DNA of 41,850 bases. Origin: an uncultured Clostridia bacterium (GTDB lineage Bacteria > Bacillota > Clostridia > Christensenellales > UBA1242). Both the position numbers and the translations under genes were made by a program. Below, one piece after another: positions 37,989-41,850 of this stretch. Location of the stretch: assembly GCA_947629505.1 (NCBI GenBank), contig CANRDW010000004.1, forward strand, positions 1 through 41,850, read 5' to 3'. Below the pieces are notes generated by a model. It was not told where the DNA came from, made no database searches, and worked only from the letters and a program-made list of their open reading frames with translations. Numbering within the stretch: the first letter of the stretch is position 1; each line of letters opens with the position of its first letter.

Positions 37989-37998
37989 GGGAGGCAAA

Positions 37999-38493
37999 AT
38001 GGGTGCGATTTCAAGTTGGCTTTTGTCAATTGCGGGTGTTGTGATTTTAAGCGTTCTGTCCGAACTTGTGCTGCCAGAAGGGCAGATTAACAAATACACA
38101 AAAGTGATTTTTTCCTTTGCAATTTTGCTTGTGATAATCATGCCGCTTCCAAAACTCTTTGGCAAAAACTTTGATATATCAAAATTCTTTGGGCAGCAAA
38201 GCGAACTTCAAGAAGATTATCTCTATCAACTCAATCTAGACAAAGTGACGGCACTTTCAGACGACTTTTCAAAAAAGGTTGAAAGCGAAGGAATGAAGAG
38301 AGTTAAAATCTCCATCAACGCCAACATTCTGTCAGAAAAGTTGGAGATTTTCAGTGTTTATGTCGATTTATGCGATATTGAATATACAAAAGAATTTGGC
38401 AATATGGATATAGCAAGAGCCAAGATAAAAATTCTTGACATAGCAAAAAGTTTTGAACTTTTAAAAGATGTGGAGGTTAGGTTTAATGAGTAA
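37999..38493 (+). CDS. spoIIIAF: Stage III sporulation protein AF
   Basis: W...I......LP.G...KY.K.....L...I..P pattern, GGGGAGG RBS. Confidence 0.85.
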   Translation: MGAISSWLLSIAGVVILSVLSELVLPEGQINKYTKVIFSFAILLVIIMPLPKLFGKNFDISKFFGQQSELQEDYLYQLNLDKVTALSDDFSKKVESEGMKRVKISINANILSEKLEIFSVYVDLCDIEYTKEFGNMDIARAKIKILDIAKSFELLKDVEVRFNE

Positions 38494-39001
38494 AGTCAAA
38501 GATTTGTTTAACAAGATAAAATCAATAAAGCACATTCATATCTATCTTGCAGTTTTTGTGGGAGTTGTGCTTTGTGTGGCATACTTTTCTTTTTTGAATA
38601 AGCCTGCCGACAAAAACGAAGATGTTTCGACATCAACGGACAACATTGCGGTGGAATATGTGAAAAATTTAGAGAATAAACTTTCTAATGTATTGTCCAA
38701 AATCTCGGGCGTGGGACAAACCAGCGTTTTAATAACCTTGGAAAGCGGCTTTTCATATGAATACGCCAAAGATATTGAAACACGGACAAGTTCATCTGGC
38801 GGAAATGACATCGTCATATCTTCGGAGAAAGTGATTCTTGACAACGGCGAGCCTGTTGTTGTGAAGGAATATTATCCGACAATAAAGGGGGTGGTGATTG
38901 TTGCAAAAGGCGCAGAAAATTTCAGCGTGAAGATGAACATTTTAACGGCTGCAACAACCGTTCTTGAAATTGACAGCAGTAATATAACAATTTTATGTTA
39001 A
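38486..39001 (+). CDS. spoIIIAG: Stage III sporulation protein AG
   Basis: Y...LENKL..VLSKISGVG...V.ITL, P.IKGVVIVAKGA. Confidence 0.88.
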   Translation: MSKVKDLFNKIKSIKHIHIYLAVFVGVVLCVAYFSFLNKPADKNEDVSTSTDNIAVEYVKNLENKLSNVLSKISGVGQTSVLITLESGFSYEYAKDIETRTSSSGGNDIVISSEKVILDNGEPVVVKEYYPTIKGVVIVAKGAENFSVKMNILTAATTVLEIDSSNITILC

Positions 39002-39011
39002 AGGAGTGATT

Positions 39012-39482
39012 ATGAAAAAGAGAACAAAAATTATCATACTTTCAGCAATGGTGCTTTTACTTGGAGTGACGGGCTATTTGAATATCGTGCTTAATAATTC
39101 AATTAAACAAACCACAACCACAACAACTGAAGCGGCAAGTTATTTTTCGTCATTCAGAAATGACAGGGCGTCAACTCGCGACCAAGAACTTTTGTATTAT
39201 GACGCAATTATAAACGGCGAAAGTTCAACAGAAAGCGCTGTCGCAGCGGCTCAGCAAGCAAAACTTGACCTTATAAATCTTATGGACAAAGAACTTGTCG
39301 TTGAAGGGTTGATCAAAGCGCAAGGCTTTGAAGATTGCGTTGTGGTTGTCACAGACAGCAAAGTCAACGTTGTTGTCAAAGCGGCACATCTTGAAGAGGA
39401 TGAGGCAATTGGCATTTGGACAACCGTTATTGAACAACTTAAAAGACCAATTGAAGATATTATAATAAATTATGCAGAATAA
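39012..39482 (+). CDS. spoIIIAH: Stage III sporulation protein AH
   Basis: N-terminal TM, YF..FR..R...R, E.LIKAQGFEDCVV. Confidence 0.88.
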   Translation: MKKRTKIIILSAMVLLLGVTGYLNIVLNNSIKQTTTTTTEAASYFSSFRNDRASTRDQELLYYDAIINGESSTESAVAAAQQAKLDLINLMDKELVVEGLIKAQGFEDCVVVVTDSKVNVVVKAAHLEEDEAIGIWTTVIEQLKRPIEDIIINYAE

Positions 39483-39541
39483 TTTGCAAAATTTGTTTGA
39501 CTTATGATAAAATATGTTTGTAATAACATAAGGAGCATATT

Positions 39542-39907
39542 ATGGCAGTTAAAAATCAGGAAGGAAGCGGAAAGATTACTCTCGACAGAAAAATCCTCGT
39601 TTCCATCATAAATCTTGCGGCAAAGGAAATCAACGGCGTTGAAAGTGTGACCAATTCGGCACGTCCGTGGATTAAACGTGTTTTCAAAAAATATGATGAC
39701 GGCGTTGAGATTAAGTTTGAAAAGAATGGGGCGCTTACAATCGATGTGTATATAAGCATTTATGTTGGATTCAGCGTGCCAGACATTGCATATCGCGTTC
39801 AGGAAAATGTGAGAAACTCACTTGCAACAATGGTGGCATTAAAACCACAAAAAATCAACATTCATGTGATTAATGTCGAATGTGATAAAGAGGTTGAAAA
39901 TGCGTAA
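39542..39907 (+). CDS. Asp23/Gls24-family protein
   Basis: G.I......I...AAKEINGV, VPDIA..VQENV, INIHV, canonical position before nusB. Confidence 0.88.
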   Translation: MAVKNQEGSGKITLDRKILVSIINLAAKEINGVESVTNSARPWIKRVFKKYDDGVEIKFEKNGALTIDVYISIYVGFSVPDIAYRVQENVRNSLATMVALKPQKINIHVINVECDKEVENA

Positions 39908-40286
39908 CGATGCAAGATGCAATGCGTTTAAACTTATTTTTGAGGGGCTTTTTCATGAATGTGACGAAGCGCTTTCAAAAGAAAGTTTAACCGAACTTAA
40001 CAAAGAAGAAGATAAAAAGTTTTTCGAAGAAATTATGAGTGAATTTAAAGCACATAAAGACCAACTTAAAACTCAAATTGAAAAACATTTGAAAAACTAT
40101 GAATATGACAGACTTTTTAAAATAGACCTTGCACTTGTCTATCTTTCACTCACAGAAATTGAGTTTTGCGGCACTCCAAAGGCTGTTGCCATAAACGAAG
40201 CGTTGAATCTTGCAAAGACTTACAGCACGGAAAAATCTCACAAATTTGTTAATGGGCTTGTATCAGCCATTTTGGAAGAAAAATGA
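39900..40286 (+). CDS. nusB: Transcription antitermination factor NusB
   Basis: RL.KID.A, P.AVAINEALNLAK.YS...S.KFVNGL. Confidence 0.9.
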   Translation: MRNDARCNAFKLIFEGLFHECDEALSKESLTELNKEEDKKFFEEIMSEFKAHKDQLKTQIEKHLKNYEYDRLFKIDLALVYLSLTEIEFCGTPKAVAINEALNLAKTYSTEKSHKFVNGLVSAILEEK

Positions 40287-41461
40287 TAGGCACAATCTCT
40301 GTCACAAAATTTAATAACTATGTTAAAAATATTTTTAACGCAGAAGAACTTCTCCACAACGTCAAAATAGTTGGAGAAGTTTTTGGCGTTTCTGTTGCAA
40401 AAAGTTCATTTTATTTTAATCTCAAAGACGAAGAAAGCAGTCTGCCATGCATTTGCTTTTATCCAGACATCATGCAAAGCGTCAAAGAAGGCGACAGCGT
40501 TGTCATCACAGGCAGCCCAAATTTCTACACAAAACAGGGGCGATTTAACTTTGTCGTTTCAAAGATTGAGCCATATGGGCAGGGCGTTTTGTATCAGCGT
40601 TTTTTGGAACTTAAAGAAAAACTTTTGAAAGAGGGCATCTTTGACGAAGCGCACAAAAAACCAATTCCAAAAACCATAAAAAGAATAGGCGTTGTCACAT
40701 CAAAAGATGGCGCAGTCATTCAGGACATAAAAAACGTCACTTGGCGAAGAAATCCGTCTGTGGACATTGTGCTTTACAGCACCAAAGTGCAGGGAAGCGG
40801 TGCAGAAGATGAGATTAAGGCTGGCATTGACTTTTTCAGTGAATATGACGGCGTGGATGTTGTGATTGTGGCGCGTGGAGGCGGCAGTTTGGAAGATTTG
40901 GCGGCTTACAACACAGAAGTTGTTGCACGGGCGACTTACAACTGCAAAAAGCCGATTATTTCGGCGGTCGGGCATGAAACCGACTTTACAATCATTGACT
41001 TTGCAAGCGACCTAAGAGCGCCCACACCAAGTGCTGCGGCAGAACTTCTCACAACGGACACCCATTCCAACAAAACTCTTTTAAACAAGGATTTGTCGCG
41101 ACTTTCAAGGCTTTTGGAAAGTTATCTTGCTGACAAAACAGTTGAATTTCAGGGCAATAAAAACATCATTTTGGACTTGTTTGAAACCAAGATAAAAAAC
41201 TACAAACAAAAACTCGACAAATTGACGCTCACACTTTCGTCAAAACTCAATGCGTTTGTGGTTGAAGCAAAATATGCTTTGGAAATCAAACTTGCAAAAT
41301 TAAATAAACACAATCCGCTTGACATTTTAAGGCTTGGATATGCTAAAATAGAACAAGGCGGCATATCTGTGACGTCGGCAAATAAAATTGACGAAAAAGC
41401 GGACATTTTAATCAACTTTGCTGACGGGCAAATCATCACAAAATTTAAGGAGAGAAAATGA
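40283..41461 (+). CDS. xseA: Exodeoxyribonuclease VII large subunit
   Basis: YFNLKDE, IVARGGGSLEDL, SAVGHETD, RAPTPSAAAE. Confidence 0.95.
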   Translation: MIGTISVTKFNNYVKNIFNAEELLHNVKIVGEVFGVSVAKSSFYFNLKDEESSLPCICFYPDIMQSVKEGDSVVITGSPNFYTKQGRFNFVVSKIEPYGQGVLYQRFLELKEKLLKEGIFDEAHKKPIPKTIKRIGVVTSKDGAVIQDIKNVTWRRNPSVDIVLYSTKVQGSGAEDEIKAGIDFFSEYDGVDVVIVARGGGSLEDLAAYNTEVVARATYNCKKPIISAVGHETDFTIIDFASDLRAPTPSAAAELLTTDTHSNKTLLNKDLSRLSRLLESYLADKTVEFQGNKNIILDLFETKIKNYKQKLDKLTLTLSSKLNAFVVEAKYALEIKLAKLNKHNPLDILRLGYAKIEQGGISVTSANKIDEKADILINFADGQIITKFKERK

Positions 41462-41661
41462 ATTACGAAGACGCTGTTAAAGAAATGGAAGAAATCATAA
41501 ACAAACTTGAAAATGAATCTTTGCCACTTGCGGAGGCACAAAAACATTTTCAGCGCGCAAGCGAACTTGCCAAATTCTGCCAAGAAGAACTTTCAAAGGC
41601 ATCTGGCAAATTGTTTATTATAAAGAAAGAACTCGACCAAATTCAAGAGGAGGAAGTATGA
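41458..41661 (+). CDS. xseB: Exodeoxyribonuclease VII small subunit
   Basis: YEDA...MEEII..LE...LPL pattern, follows xseA. Confidence 0.9.
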   Translation: MNYEDAVKEMEEIINKLENESLPLAEAQKHFQRASELAKFCQEELSKASGKLFIIKKELDQIQEEEV

Positions 41662-41850
41662 AGTTATCAACACTTGTTGGGCAAAGACTTAAAGAAGCGC
41701 CAAATGGGGCAAGTTTAAAAAGCCACATTTTGCTTTTGCGCGCGGGCTACATAAAGCAGGTTGCAACGGGGATTTTCACACTCCTTCCACCAGCGCAACG
41801 CGTGAGTTTGAAAATTCAAAAAATCATCCGCGAAGAGATGGACGCTCTCG
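41658..41850 (+). CDS. proS: Proline-tRNA ligase, N-terminal part (runs off the window)
   Basis: MKLSTLVGQRLKEAPNGASLKSHILLLRAGYIKQVATGIFTLLP...KIQKIIREEMDA. Confidence 0.88.
   Translation, partial: MKLSTLVGQRLKEAPNGASLKSHILLLRAGYIKQVATGIFTLLPPAQRVSLKIQKIIREEMDAL

Overview
Chromosomal window from a low-GC, spore-forming Firmicute (Clostridia-like, inferred from gene content). Most of it is housekeeping and sporulation DNA: polA, ruvX, T-box-pheST, iscS-thiI, argR-recN, spoIVB, a XerC-like recombinase, rsfS, rpiB, gap, SRP RNA, spoIIIAA-AH, asp23-nusB-xseAB and the start of proS. The standout is a compact operon of about 7 kb (1683-8757) of intact podovirus-like virion genes: a truncated TerS-like gene, a small Zn-finger protein, portal, scaffold, major capsid, adaptor, nozzle and two holins. 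It sits between an ABC transporter and polA with no integrase, repressor, replication genes, large terminase, tail fibre or endolysin. This makes it a candidate domesticated capsid system or gene transfer agent (GTA). Other signals: an ABC permease cut by an insertion at the left edge, a degenerate CD-NTase (CdnE-like) gene behind gap, a family of intergenic palindromes carrying NrdR-box-like arms, four apparently leaderless genes, an unannotated 50-aa basic ORF and a variant SRP helix 8. All family calls come from motif recognition by eye, not from database searches.
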